DNA of 64,000 bases from the IMG/VR virus record IMGVR_UViG_2648501751_000004, one strand, 5' to 3'. A model generated the notes under the pieces. It searched no databases, was not told the origin of the DNA, and saw only the letters and a list, made by a program, of their open reading frames with translations. Position numbers and translations under genes: made by a program. This DNA comes from an uncultured virus (IMG/VR IMGVR_UViG_2648501751_000004). Lineage: Duplodnaviria; Heunggongvirae; Uroviricota; Caudoviricetes. This document shows positions 1 to 8,414 of this stretch, one piece after another (position 1 is the first letter of the stretch; each line of letters begins with the position of its first letter).

Positions 1-1116
1 TCACGTCGTGACCCTTTTTTTTGCCTCTGTGGGCATTTTGTGCCCAAACCGGAATTTCACCACGGCCACGCCATCGGAATCCGGTCCTCTCTTCTCCGCG
101 ATCAGCTCCACCGCTTTCACCAGTTCAGCGACCTCCGCCCCCGAGTAGTGTGTGGTAACCGATCCGCGTTTGTGCCCCAGCAGCTCTGCCCGGGTTTCTT
201 CATTTACCCCTGCGGCCCTCAGCCTCCTGCCGAAGGTGTGCCGGAGATCGTGCCCGCGGACATGTGTGAGCCCTGCCTTCTTCCGCCCTTTCCTCCAGGC
301 GTTATTGAAGATAGAGGCCACCGGCCGGCTGCTGAAGGTAAACACCTGGTGTTCGTGCTTCCCTCGCTGGCGGTTTACCACTGCTCTCGCCGTTGCATTC
401 AGGACCACCAGCCGGTCACAACCGTTCTTCGTGGCGCTGGCGGGCAGGATGAACCCGAACCCCTTACCAGGTAACGACACCTCCCACTCCCACTTCAGAG
501 CGCAGATCTCGCTTTCCCGGCACCCGGTATGAACCGCGAACTCGGCCATATCCTTCAGGTGCTCCGGCAGCTCCTGGAAGAGCCTGCCCTGCTCTGCCCA
601 GGTCACCGGTGCCGGGTCCCGCTTGTCCTTCCAGTCCACATCCGGAATCATCGGGGCGGTTTCCAGCCAGGTCATCCCGTATTCGTCCCGCCACAGCTCC
701 GCGCATAGCCTGAGAATCCTCCGGGCCACGGCCAGCGATCGGTTAACCGTGCCAGCCTTCACCCCCTCTTTCCGGCGCATCTCAATGAAGCGTTGCAGCG
801 TTCCTGAGTGCACCTGGTTCAAGGGCATCTTCCCGATGTATGGATCCAGGGCCTTCAGATCCTGCACGTCCCGCTTTATACTCCGTTTGTGTGCAAACTC
901 CCGGGCGTACCTGAGAGCTGCCTCCCGCCAGATTCGGCTTGGCCGAACACCGTAGACCGAAGCCTGGCGGATTTCCTCGAGCCTTCGGACGAGGTACTGC
1001 TCTGCCTCTACCCGATCGCTCGTTCCAGTGCTTTCGCGAATCCTCCGTCCGTTAATTCGCTTCTCGATGTGCCATGTCCCGCCACGGAGGCGGAGACCGT
1101 TCCCACTTTTCGACAT
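1..1116 (-). CDS. int: Tyrosine recombinase / phage integrase
   Basis: HTGCRESE, ATKNG, HDLRHTFGRRL, LLGH..TTHY catalytic motifs; N-terminal arm-binding-like domain. Confidence 0.96.
   Translation of the reverse strand: MSKSGNGLRLRGGTWHIEKRINGRRIRESTGTSDRVEAEQYLVRRLEEIRQASVYGVRPSRIWREAALRYAREFAHKRSIKRDVQDLKALDPYIGKMPLNQVHSGTLQRFIEMRRKEGVKAGTVNRSLAVARRILRLCAELWRDEYGMTWLETAPMIPDVDWKDKRDPAPVTWAEQGRLFQELPEHLKDMAEFAVHTGCRESEICALKWEWEVSLPGKGFGFILPASATKNGCDRLVVLNATARAVVNRQRGKHEHQVFTFSSRPVASIFNNAWRKGRKKAGLTHVRGHDLRHTFGRRLRAAGVNEETRAELLGHKRGSVTTHYSGAEVAELVKAVELIAEKRGPDSDGVAVVKFRFGHKMPTEAKKRVTT
27..42. repeat. Putative integrase arm-type site CTGTGGGCATTTTGTG (left copy)
   Basis: Exact 16-bp match to 38645-38660 near attR. 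Confidence 0.7.
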
Positions 1117-1340
1117 GCTACTTCACTCCATTTTTGGGCCGGAGCACGCCCTCGCCGAGAAATATACTCGTCCAGGGCACTGTCCAAATCAAGGCGATCG
1201 AATCCCTTTCCGATCTCGCCTATCGGAATTTCAGTGAGATACGGCCGAATTTCTTTATTAAAAACTTCCCGCCCCATCCCGCAATAGTCCGGGGCCTGGC
1301 CTGCCCGAATGATCCGCGGCTGAATCATTACTTCCGTCAT
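1008..1340 (-). CDS. Putative excisionase / recombination directionality factor
   Basis: MTEVMIQPRIIRAGQAPDYCGMGREVF...FDRLDLD wHTH-like; directly upstream of and overlapping int. Confidence 0.65.
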   Translation of the reverse strand: MTEVMIQPRIIRAGQAPDYCGMGREVFNKEIRPYLTEIPIGEIGKGFDRLDLDSALDEYISRRGRAPAQKWSEVACRKVGTVSASVAGHGTSRSELTDGGFAKALERAIG

Positions 1341-1732
1341 GAAGGCACCCCCTCTGGCAGTGAATAGCGATACTGAAAGCCCCGATAGTTCCCCAGGTGC
1401 GGGGATGAACTCCCGAAGTAGACCGGCTCCGCATGAATCAGGCCCCGACTTGCCATCAGGTCCAGGTGCCGCGACAGGGTGCACCTATCAACTGGCAACC
1501 CGATCGCCTTGTCCATGTCATACCAATGAACAGTCCCGCCTCTTAGTACCTCTATCACCCGATCCATCAGCCAGAATAGAGTTGGCACCTCCAGAGTGAT
1601 AAGGCCATGCAGATCTTTGTACTTGGCCAGAAACTCCTCGGCTCGATAGGTCCGAGTTGCTGGCGGCATGTAGCCCCCATGCTCAAAAGTTGGTGCTGGC
1701 GGTTCAGAGGCAAACATTTCTATCTGGCTCAC
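1337..1732 (-). CDS. Hypothetical phage protein (possible wHTH)
   Basis: ORF coupled by 4-bp overlaps in the early-left operon. Confidence 0.7.
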   Translation of the reverse strand: MSQIEMFASEPPAPTFEHGGYMPPATRTYRAEEFLAKYKDLHGLITLEVPTLFWLMDRVIEVLRGGTVHWYDMDKAIGLPVDRCTLSRHLDLMASRGLIHAEPVYFGSSSPHLGNYRGFQYRYSLPEGVPS

Positions 1733-2055
1733 GCTGCGTCCTCCCGCTCTTCGGCACAGGTCTCGCAGTAGCCAGACTCCTCCAGCTCGTCAAACCAAAG
1801 TTCGCAGCCTTTGCAGGATGGCGGGCTGTCTATAACGTGAGGCTCGCCAGCTGCCAGCTTCTTCTGATCAGCAGCGCGTTCTTTTAGCCAGGCGTCGCGC
1901 CCGATTCGGTGCCCGCGAATATCGGTGTATTCGCAGCCATCGCAGACGCAAGACTGGTTGAAAGCCAGAACCTTTGCCTGCCGGAATGATTCGGCGAAAA
2001 CGAGAGCCGCTCCATCAATGGGTTCGCCAGCGTGCATCATGTAGGCTTTAAGCAT
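1729..2055 (-). CDS. Hypothetical Cys-rich phage protein
   Basis: RBS GGAG; CxxC pairs; coupled to neighbours. Confidence 0.7.
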   Translation of the reverse strand: MLKAYMMHAGEPIDGAALVFAESFRQAKVLAFNQSCVCDGCEYTDIRGHRIGRDAWLKERAADQKKLAAGEPHVIDSPPSCKGCELWFDELEESGYCETCAEEREDAA

Positions 2056-2064
2056 TTCTATCTC

Positions 2065-2427
2065 CTACCAGGCAAATTCAGGCCGCACTGGCGGAAGCCA
2101 CAAGTGCCGCATGTTTGCATCTTTGATCAGCCGGCTATCCTCCGGGAAAACCTCGAGGGCCAGCCACTAACCGAAACCGCATTCCTTCTTGATCTGCTGA
2201 AGCTCATCCCAGGTAATGCCGTCCTTCCACTTCCCGCCGGCCTTTCGCTTAACCCGGTTCACACTCAGCCGGCAATAGCCGCCCCGCTCTGCGAACACCT
2301 GGACCATGAACTTTTTGCTGACCAGAACCCGAATCGGTTTGTTGTTGCCCCGGTAAACGGGCCAGCGTTCTTCTGGAAGCTCGGTCAGCTGGCGGGGCAG
2401 CGGATCGAGTAACGTTTTTTGGCTCAT
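2065..2427 (-). pseudogene. Conserved-looking phage protein interrupted by an in-frame TAG at 2167-2169
   Basis: ITWDELQQIKKECGFG*WLALEVFPEDSRLIKDANMRHLWLPPVRPEFAW*; frame stays open to a TAG just before the next gene's RBS. Confidence 0.7.
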
Positions 2428-3653
2428 TGGTCACGCCCCGCCCTGTCGGCTTCGTCGGCTTGCTGGCGGAGTCGTTGGGCAACGTGAGCAGCTGCAGTGC
2501 CTATGATTTGTTTCTGAGAAGTCCAGGGGATCTGGAAGTCCTGAGCGTAGGTGACGTCGCCCCCGCAAACCTCGCAGTCATTGTCCGGCTCGTCGAAGTA
2601 GCAAGCGCTGCAAGTCATTTCCTCTGTGAATTTAAAGCTGCCCAGCATTTCAGCTTTCATTTCAGAAGTTGGCTTTATCGCCTCAACTGCCTCTGCCTGC
2701 TTCCGCAAAATAAATGGGTCGGGGTCGGCTCCGATGCCTTTCGTTATGAGCTCGTACATTTCCTTGCTCAAATTGCCCGCATCCTTCAGGGCCACGGCAA
2801 TGTTTTCCAGAACGTCAGATTGGACTGCAACCATTGCCTCGGCTGATTCGAGCTGACCTCTCAAAGCTTCAACTTCTCCCCCAGAAGCCACCTCAGCGCC
2901 TTTGGCTGATTGTGCTCGATTGTTCCAAAGCTCGACGGCATAGGCTGTATTTGCGTTTTGAACTGCAATCTCAGCAGGGCATCGATAACAGCCAACAGTG
3001 CCCCCAGCACCGCCAACATCAGAGGAACCGCAGAACGGGCATGGCAGAGGATCGGATTTAGGCTCAGTTTCTGGAGGCTTGGGATCGTCTTTAAGATGCT
3101 CATCATTGAGGCGCCGTTCTTCCTCCATTGCTCCGAGAGCATCTCCAATAGGTACATCAGGCCCCTCAAACAGCGGGTCAATGTCCCTCTCCGGAACAGG
3201 CTTGGTACCGCCATCAATGTCGGCACCATCCTCTGAGTCCGCTGGCTCATTGAATCCGCACTCGTTGCAGTACAAAGCATCGCAATATGGATCGGCTGGG
3301 TTCGCCTGAGTCATCTTTGCCCCGCAGTCTGGGCAGCTGTAATCAGAGGTATGTTCGGCTGGCGGATCTTCACCTTTATCGCTTTCCAGCCAGGTAACTC
3401 GGCCAAGGTCAGAGACCGCTGCCCAAGCTCCTGCCTCGTTCTTCACCAGCACGCCATGAACGGTAGCGCCCATCTGCTCGAGCTTCTTTTGTGCGATGCT
3501 GGACAGGCCGCCGCCGGCTGAAGCCATGGCCGATTGCAGCGCTTCGTATTCGTCCTGCCACAGCCGGAAGATTGCTCGGCCTTCCTCGTCTTTAGCGAAC
3601 TGGTCGAACTCGTGGTTTAGCACGAAGTCTCGGAATTCGTGGTGTTTGCTCAC
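2424..3653 (-). CDS. Mosaic phage protein with Lar-like restriction-alleviation zinc ribbon and other CxxC motifs
   Basis: PLPCPFCGS...GCYRC...AVELWNNRA motif; GTG start overlapping upstream stop. Confidence 0.65.
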   Translation of the reverse strand: MSKHHEFRDFVLNHEFDQFAKDEEGRAIFRLWQDEYEALQSAMASAGGGLSSIAQKKLEQMGATVHGVLVKNEAGAWAAVSDLGRVTWLESDKGEDPPAEHTSDYSCPDCGAKMTQANPADPYCDALYCNECGFNEPADSEDGADIDGGTKPVPERDIDPLFEGPDVPIGDALGAMEEERRLNDEHLKDDPKPPETEPKSDPLPCPFCGSSDVGGAGGTVGCYRCPAEIAVQNANTAYAVELWNNRAQSAKGAEVASGGEVEALRGQLESAEAMVAVQSDVLENIAVALKDAGNLSKEMYELITKGIGADPDPFILRKQAEAVEAIKPTSEMKAEMLGSFKFTEEMTCSACYFDEPDNDCEVCGGDVTYAQDFQIPWTSQKQIIGTAAAHVAQRLRQQADEADRAGRDQ

Positions 3654-3925
3654 AGCAACCTCTCCTGTATTGCAGTTCTCGGCTCCGGCCTGTTGGTCAC
3701 GTCCACCAGGTGAACGAACGGCTCCGGCTCGTGGCTGTTGCATATCTCGGTGGCGAACACCTCGGCGCCGTGCAGATCGCACCTGCCCCAGGGTGTGCGT
3801 GTTGGTTTTGGTGCGCTGGCGTAGCGGGCCTTGAAGGGGCAGTGCTTGTCCTCGTCCCACCCGACCGGCTTATAGTGTTCGCAGCTATCACAGGCCCGGG
3901 GCATCTGTATAAGTGACTGGCTCAC
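3650..3925 (-). CDS. Hypothetical Cys-rich phage protein
   Basis: ORF in operon; CDSCEH...C. Confidence 0.65.
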   Translation of the reverse strand: MSQSLIQMPRACDSCEHYKPVGWDEDKHCPFKARYASAPKPTRTPWGRCDLHGAEVFATEICNSHEPEPFVHLVDVTNRPEPRTAIQERLL

Positions 3926-3928
3926 GGC

Positions 3929-4288
3929 CTACTCCTTGAACCCGAAGGTGCATTGCTCTGCCGCAATGGCCCGGCGGATGTCCTCGTTGGTGTTGAAAGT
4001 CAGCACCAGGGCCCGGTAATAATTGTGCAGATCGCCAGCCTCGTTGATCTGAATGTTGCCCATGACCTCCAGTCCGGCATGTGGTAGCTTTGCCTCACTG
4101 GCCATCTCTGCCCGTGCAGCTTCTTTCCCGGCGTCATAGGCCTTGTGCGCCATCCAGTACACATACCGAAAGTTGGCCCCGCTGGTGCGGTTCATGAGTG
4201 CGTCGTCGCCATCCTTCTTCCACCATGCATCGAATTCCGCTGACGCCTTTGGTGCATCTGGGTTATACACTTCCTCGAAATCACTCAC
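3929..4288 (-). CDS. Hypothetical phage protein
   Basis: GTG start after GAGG; operon context. Confidence 0.6.
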   Translation of the reverse strand: MSDFEEVYNPDAPKASAEFDAWWKKDGDDALMNRTSGANFRYVYWMAHKAYDAGKEAARAEMASEAKLPHAGLEVMGNIQINEAGDLHNYYRALVLTFNTNEDIRRAIAAEQCTFGFKE

Positions 4289-4580
4289 TTTCCACCTCAT
4301 GTTCACGTGGCTTTCCGCGCAGGCACTTACCATCCGGACCCATATCGAACGGGCAGTTACAGTCGGGATAGCTGCACACATTTTCTTTTCGTGACATGTC
4401 ACGATCTTTGTAAACCAGTGCCAGGATGTACTCGGTCTGGTCGTCGAACTCCCGAAGCCGGGCCGCCTCCTCGATCGCCGCCCGTTCGTTGGCGGCCAAC
4501 TCCATCGTGAAAAGCTTCATGTCCAGGAACTTGTTCCGCTCACGCTGGCGGCGTTTACGTTCGGTTGGTGTCATGGCCAT
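4281..4580 (-). CDS. Hypothetical phage protein (possible DNA-binding)
   Basis: MAMTPTERKRRQRER N-terminus typical of small phage regulators. Confidence 0.7.
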   Translation of the reverse strand: MAMTPTERKRRQRERNKFLDMKLFTMELAANERAAIEEAARLREFDDQTEYILALVYKDRDMSRKENVCSYPDCNCPFDMGPDGKCLRGKPREHEVESE

Positions 4581-4808
4581 CTACATATCCCCCAGCACGT
4601 TGAGCGCCTTCCGGCCCGCCTTCATCAGGGCCTTTCTGTGGCTGATCTTCTGGATGCCGTTGGCGTTCATGTAGTGCAGCGTCTCGGCAACTTCAGTAAG
4701 TGTGCGGACCGGGCTGCTTCCGGCGTTCAACACCATGGACACCTCGCAATCATGGGCGGAAGAACCAATAATCATGGCCACCCTTTTCTTCTGTGCTTCC
4801 GTCAGCAT
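4581..4808 (-). CDS. Hypothetical phage protein
   Basis: Tightly packed ORF with RBS. Confidence 0.65.
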   Translation of the reverse strand: MLTEAQKKRVAMIIGSSAHDCEVSMVLNAGSSPVRTLTEVAETLHYMNANGIQKISHRKALMKAGRKALNVLGDM

Positions 4809-5002
4809 GCTTCCCTCTCCTCATTCTTCAGATGCTCCACCCACACTTGCCACTGCTCAGGCTGGAGCCATGTCCCGTCCTTCAGCACCACACAGCCGCT
4901 TGAATGGGCATAGGCCAGGCCGGTACTCTCGATGAGTTCGATAATCGCCTCAGCGCGATCCTCGTGGCTCAGATCAGTTACCTGCGTGTGCACGGCGTAC
5001 AA
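4802..5002 (-). CDS. Hypothetical phage protein (start uncertain)
   Basis: Fills the operon gap with overlapping ends. Confidence 0.5.
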   Translation of the reverse strand: MYAVHTQVTDLSHEDRAEAIIELIESTGLAYAHSSGCVVLKDGTWLQPEQWQVWVEHLKNEEREAC

Positions 5003-5234
5003 TCCTCGCTATCCGGCTCACGGTATGGCGGCAACTCTCTGCAGAGTCCGGGCGCTTGTGCATCGGCATCCGGCGATCGAGCAGGCAGACCAGGATTTCC
5101 CGCTTCATGTGCCGGAGAATCCGCAGTTCGTTCTTCATCTCGGCCAGTTCCAGGAGCGCTTCCCGCTTGCTGGCTTCTGCCTTGTCCCGCTGGTCGTTCA
5201 GGCTGAGGATGGTTCTGGCTGTAGTTCCGTCCAT
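4974..5234 (-). CDS. Hypothetical phage protein
   Basis: TGATG coupling with upstream gene. Confidence 0.6.
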   Translation of the reverse strand: MDGTTARTILSLNDQRDKAEASKREALLELAEMKNELRILRHMKREILVCLLDRRMPMHKRPDSAESCRHTVSRIARIVRRAHAGN

Positions 5235-5581
5235 CAGTGCACCCAACCTCTTCGAAATTCATCAACGAACCGGCCGGCCACATGTAGAAAATCCTGTTTG
5301 GTGTAGGCGCTCCATTTCTTGAGGTCTGCGATCACTTCCTGGAAGTAAGCCTTGCGGTTAATCAGCTGCCCGCCCGTGAGCGGCTTCGGTGAATCCAGGT
5401 AGTAAACCTCGCCAGCGCCCTTGCAGACCTCGCAGTCTTTATCCAGCTCGCTGTCGCAGCAGGGGCACACGGAGTAGAAGTGGCCAAATCCATCGCACTC
5501 CTCACAGGGAACAGCAGGGTTCTCCTCCTCGAGGACCTGCTTTTTCGCCTCGCGCCACTGCTCATAGCTTGCAATCAACAT
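5234..5581 (-). CDS. Hypothetical protein with DnaJ-like CxxCxGxG zinc motifs
   Basis: CEECDGFG, CEVCKGAG. Confidence 0.7.
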   Translation of the reverse strand: MLIASYEQWREAKKQVLEEENPAVPCEECDGFGHFYSVCPCCDSELDKDCEVCKGAGEVYYLDSPKPLTGGQLINRKAYFQEVIADLKKWSAYTKQDFLHVAGRFVDEFRRGWVH

Positions 5582-6198
5582 GTCAGCTCCCGTTTCCGTT
5601 TGTTCGCTGCCAGCTTGATCCTGGCCAGGTTGTGGAGAACATCGAAGCTCCCCTCTGGCGGGTTCTCCATGGCGAAGAACTTATTCAGGATCGCGTTCTC
5701 CGCCATGCTCACCAGCACCAGATTGTCCGGAGAGAAGTTCTGCTTATCACCATCCTTCAACCGCACAATGTGCTTTAGCGGTACCGGCCGGCCGTGGTAT
5801 TCCTCCCACTTCATGACGTGCACGAACTTCCAGTTCTTGCGGCTCATCCCTGGCGGCGCATCATCACGAACCTTTCGCTTCAGGTAGCCATCCTTGTCGA
5901 CCGTCTCGGTACCAACCGGCACGGTCGTTTGCGGCTTGTGCCCGGGCCTGAACTGATTCTCAGCAACACGCCCGCCTGGCTGATAGCTGACGCCCTTGTT
6001 CCAGCTTGTTTGTCCTGGCCGAAAGCACCCTGGCCTCTCTCGCTCCAGATATGCCGGAGACTTTTTCAGCCCCAACGTCTGCGCCCGATTCTTGATGGCG
6101 CTGTAGGAGCAGCCCATCACCTTGGCGATCGTCCTGTTATTGGTCTCCGGGTACAGCGATCGCAGCCAGTAATCCCGTTGCTCATTCCAGGCCGCCAT
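5575..6198 (-). CDS. HNH endonuclease family protein
   Basis: HVMKWEEYHG...HIVRLKDGDKQNFSPDNL...EN; N-terminal HTH. Confidence 0.85.
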   Translation of the reverse strand: MAAWNEQRDYWLRSLYPETNNRTIAKVMGCSYSAIKNRAQTLGLKKSPAYLERERPGCFRPGQTSWNKGVSYQPGGRVAENQFRPGHKPQTTVPVGTETVDKDGYLKRKVRDDAPPGMSRKNWKFVHVMKWEEYHGRPVPLKHIVRLKDGDKQNFSPDNLVLVSMAENAILNKFFAMENPPEGSFDVLHNLARIKLAANKRKRELTC

Positions 6199-6201
6199 GG
6201 T

Positions 6202-6423
6202 TCACTCCAGCATCTTCGGGCCGGTGGTCATGCCGTGCTCACGCTTGTACTTCTCGGCATCCAGGACAAGCCTCGCGTTGGAAACCACCTCTTTGCTGAC
6301 GCCGGTGATCGCCTTGCTCCGCTCGATCTCTTCCTCCAGAAGCTGGCCCTTCAGGTCTTCGTCACTCAGGCGTTCGAGCTGGGCAAAGAGGTGATCATTT
6401 AAATCAGACAGTTTGTTTTTCAC
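6202..6423 (-). CDS. Conserved hypothetical phage protein
   Basis: KNKLSDLNDHLFAQLERL...EIERSKAI; GTG start after GGAGG. Confidence 0.75.
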   Translation of the reverse strand: MKNKLSDLNDHLFAQLERLSDEDLKGQLLEEEIERSKAITGVSKEVVSNARLVLDAEKYKREHGMTTGPKMLE

Positions 6424-6427
6424 GGGG

Positions 6428-6637
6428 TCATTCCTCCCTGGTTTCGTTTTCAATCTGCTCGAGGAGCTCTCGCTCCGTGGATTCACGTTCGATCTGCTTC
6501 AGGAGCTCGTCAGAATTCCTGACTGCCGCTTGGTAGGTGTTCAGCGGCGCGGCCCCCATCTTTGCCAGGCCGGTTAGATCCTTGAGCACCTGGTACAGCT
6601 CAGGTGCGTACTTTTGCTTTACTGCCAGCTCAGGCAT
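6428..6637 (-). CDS. Hypothetical phage protein
   Basis: Coupled ORF. Confidence 0.6.
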   Translation of the reverse strand: MPELAVKQKYAPELYQVLKDLTGLAKMGAAPLNTYQAAVRNSDELLKQIERESTERELLEQIENETREE

Positions 6638-6818
6638 GAGCCTTCTCCCGTCTCTTGCGCAGGTGGATTTCCTCGCGATCGACAGAGACTTTCTGGCTGG
6701 CGATCACGCCCATACGCACCTGAGCCCCGCGGTTATCGATGACCACAACCTTGATGGTCTCGCCTGATTCCGTCTCCATAACCAGGGCTTCGCCGGGCCT
6801 TCGCGTCAATATCAGCAT
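6630..6818 (-). CDS. csrA: Phage-encoded CsrA/RsmA-family RNA-binding protein
   Basis: MLILTRRPGEAL...VRMGV.A...V.VDREEI matches the CsrA signature; RBS GAGGAGG. Confidence 0.9.
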   Translation of the reverse strand: MLILTRRPGEALVMETESGETIKVVVIDNRGAQVRMGVIASQKVSVDREEIHLRKRREKAHA

Positions 6819-6833
6819 CTGTACCTCCTCGAG

Positions 6834-7289
6834 TTATGCCGCGCCTGGGCCCGGCTGGGGAATTTCACGGATACGGGTCGGCATCCGGGCAACGTTGGAC
6901 TGGGTCTCGCCAACTAAAACCTCCCAGCGCATGGCGCCTTCATAGGCGTTACCGCCGGTAGCCACCCATTGCTTGCCGGTGTCGTCCAGTGCGATGCAGC
7001 CAGGCTCCCAGCCACTGGGATGATCCAGCCACCGCCACCAGGCAACGGCCTTGCCTTTGAAAAAGATCACGTAGCCGCCGCTATCAACCTTGTCGTACTG
7101 CTTCCGGAAGATGGTCGACTGTCGCTTCATCTGGCTCAGCGATGACCGCCGCACGGCTCGTTCCTTGGGAACCGCCGTGTAGTTGCGCCCATCCCGGGCA
7201 AGCCTGAGCTCGCAGCCAATGGACTCCAGCGCCTGCATCATCTGGCCCTGGGTTACCTGCTCCGGCAGTTCGATGGTGAGAGTTGCCAT
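6834..7289 (-). CDS. Hypothetical phage protein
   Basis: RBS AGGAG; operon context. Confidence 0.7.
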   Translation of the reverse strand: MATLTIELPEQVTQGQMMQALESIGCELRLARDGRNYTAVPKERAVRRSSLSQMKRQSTIFRKQYDKVDSGGYVIFFKGKAVAWWRWLDHPSGWEPGCIALDDTGKQWVATGGNAYEGAMRWEVLVGETQSNVARMPTRIREIPQPGPGAA

Positions 7290-7303
7290 GGTTGTTCTCC
7301 TGG

Positions 7304-7693
7304 TTAAGCGCGGTTTTCACGGATTGCGTTACGGCCAATCACATTGCGCACAGCTGGCGGCCGTGTGCCGGTCATCGGTGTGGGCCTGCTGCGCAGTGCG
7401 GGAAGTGTTGAGAAGGCCATGAGAGCCCATGCAAGCATCCGGGCCCGGAAAAGCCCCTGCATCCAGCCCTGGGAAATCAGATCCAGCCGCGTCAAGGCGT
7501 GAAACTGGTCCTTGGCCTCGTCCAGGTGCCACTCAACAGTGGCCGGGGAAATGCCCAGCTCCCTGGCAATCGCCTTGCTGCTCATGCCTCGGGCCGCCAG
7601 CTTCAAAACTTCAGCGCGGCGCGGTGGCAGCAGCGTGGTGTCCGCCAGCTCCACTTCCATTCGGGGGTAGGTTGGTTTTTGTCTTCTGCCCAT
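7304..7693 (-). CDS. LuxR/GerE-type HTH regulator, first gene after PL
   Basis: LPPRRAEVLKLAARGMSSKAIARELGISPATVEWHL. Confidence 0.85.
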   Translation of the reverse strand: MGRRQKPTYPRMEVELADTTLLPPRRAEVLKLAARGMSSKAIARELGISPATVEWHLDEAKDQFHALTRLDLISQGWMQGLFRARMLAWALMAFSTLPALRSRPTPMTGTRPPAVRNVIGRNAIRENRA

Positions 7694-7725
7694 GATGTTG
7701 TCTCCCTGATCAACGTTATGGCCAA

Positions 7726-7767
7726 ACAATAGCAACGCTATTATTAATATTCAATAGTAGCGCTATT
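7726..7767 (-). promoter_or_regulatory. PL promoter with two operators (OL)
   Basis: Minus strand TTGAAT-17-TATTGT; operators AATAGCAACGCTATT (7728-7742) and AATAGTAGCGCTATT (7753-7767). Confidence 0.8.
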
Positions 7768-7863
7768 ATTTTTTCAAACCTTTTTGCTGACGCCAGCAAA
7801 ATGGTAGCGCCGACCCTCCGGAAACTGCTTGCCGCCTTCACTTTCTGTATGCACAATAAGCTC

Positions 7864-8130
7864 ATGAACATTGACTTCGACCCCGCCAAGGATGCCGCCA
7901 ACCGTGAAAAGCACGGCGTGGCCCTATCCGAGGCCGAAAACATGGAATGGGACACGCTGTGGGCGTTCCCGGATGAACGGAAGCACTACGGGGAGGAGCG
8001 AATGGTGGGCTTTGCCTACATCGGGTTACGGCTTTACTGCGTGGTGTATACCGACAGGGCCGATGCCCGCAGGGTTATCAGCCTTCGCAAGGCCAATACG
8101 CGGGAGATGAAACGCTATGCCGAAGCTTAA
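7864..8130 (+). CDS. brnT: BrnT family toxin (ribonuclease)
   Basis: FDPAKDAANREKHGV...YGEER...VVYTDR...RVISLRKAN.RE. Confidence 0.92.
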   Translation: MNIDFDPAKDAANREKHGVALSEAENMEWDTLWAFPDERKHYGEERMVGFAYIGLRLYCVVYTDRADARRVISLRKANTREMKRYAEA

Positions 8131-8413
8131 ACGAGACATTATCTGGCCAACCGACGAAGAAGAGGCCGAAATCAACGCCGGCATTGCCGCCGATCCGGAC
8201 ACCTACGAGCTAACAGACGAAGAGTTCAAGCGGCTGCGCCCTATGGGGAGACCCAAGGCCGAGATCACTAAGGAGCGAATCACAATCCGCCTGTCGCCGG
8301 AGGTCGTGGAGACCTTCCGGGCCACGGGCAAGGGCTGGCAGTCGCGGATGGACAGAGCTCTGCGGGAGTACGTGCGGGAGCACAGCCAGTCAGACATTGA
8401 GCGGCTGGGATAG
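8117..8413 (+). CDS. brnA: BrnA family antitoxin
   Basis: GRPKAEITKERITIRLSPEVVETFRATGKGWQSRMDRALRE. Confidence 0.92.
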   Translation: MPKLKRDIIWPTDEEEAEINAGIAADPDTYELTDEEFKRLRPMGRPKAEITKERITIRLSPEVVETFRATGKGWQSRMDRALREYVREHSQSDIERLG

Positions 8414-8414
8414 C

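Noticed and set aside
2167..2169. Genome-wide TAG recoding (alternative genetic code)
   Set aside because: Other genes end normally at TAG (e.g. brnA, endolysin, protease), the tRNA is not a suppressor, and only one internal TAG was seen.
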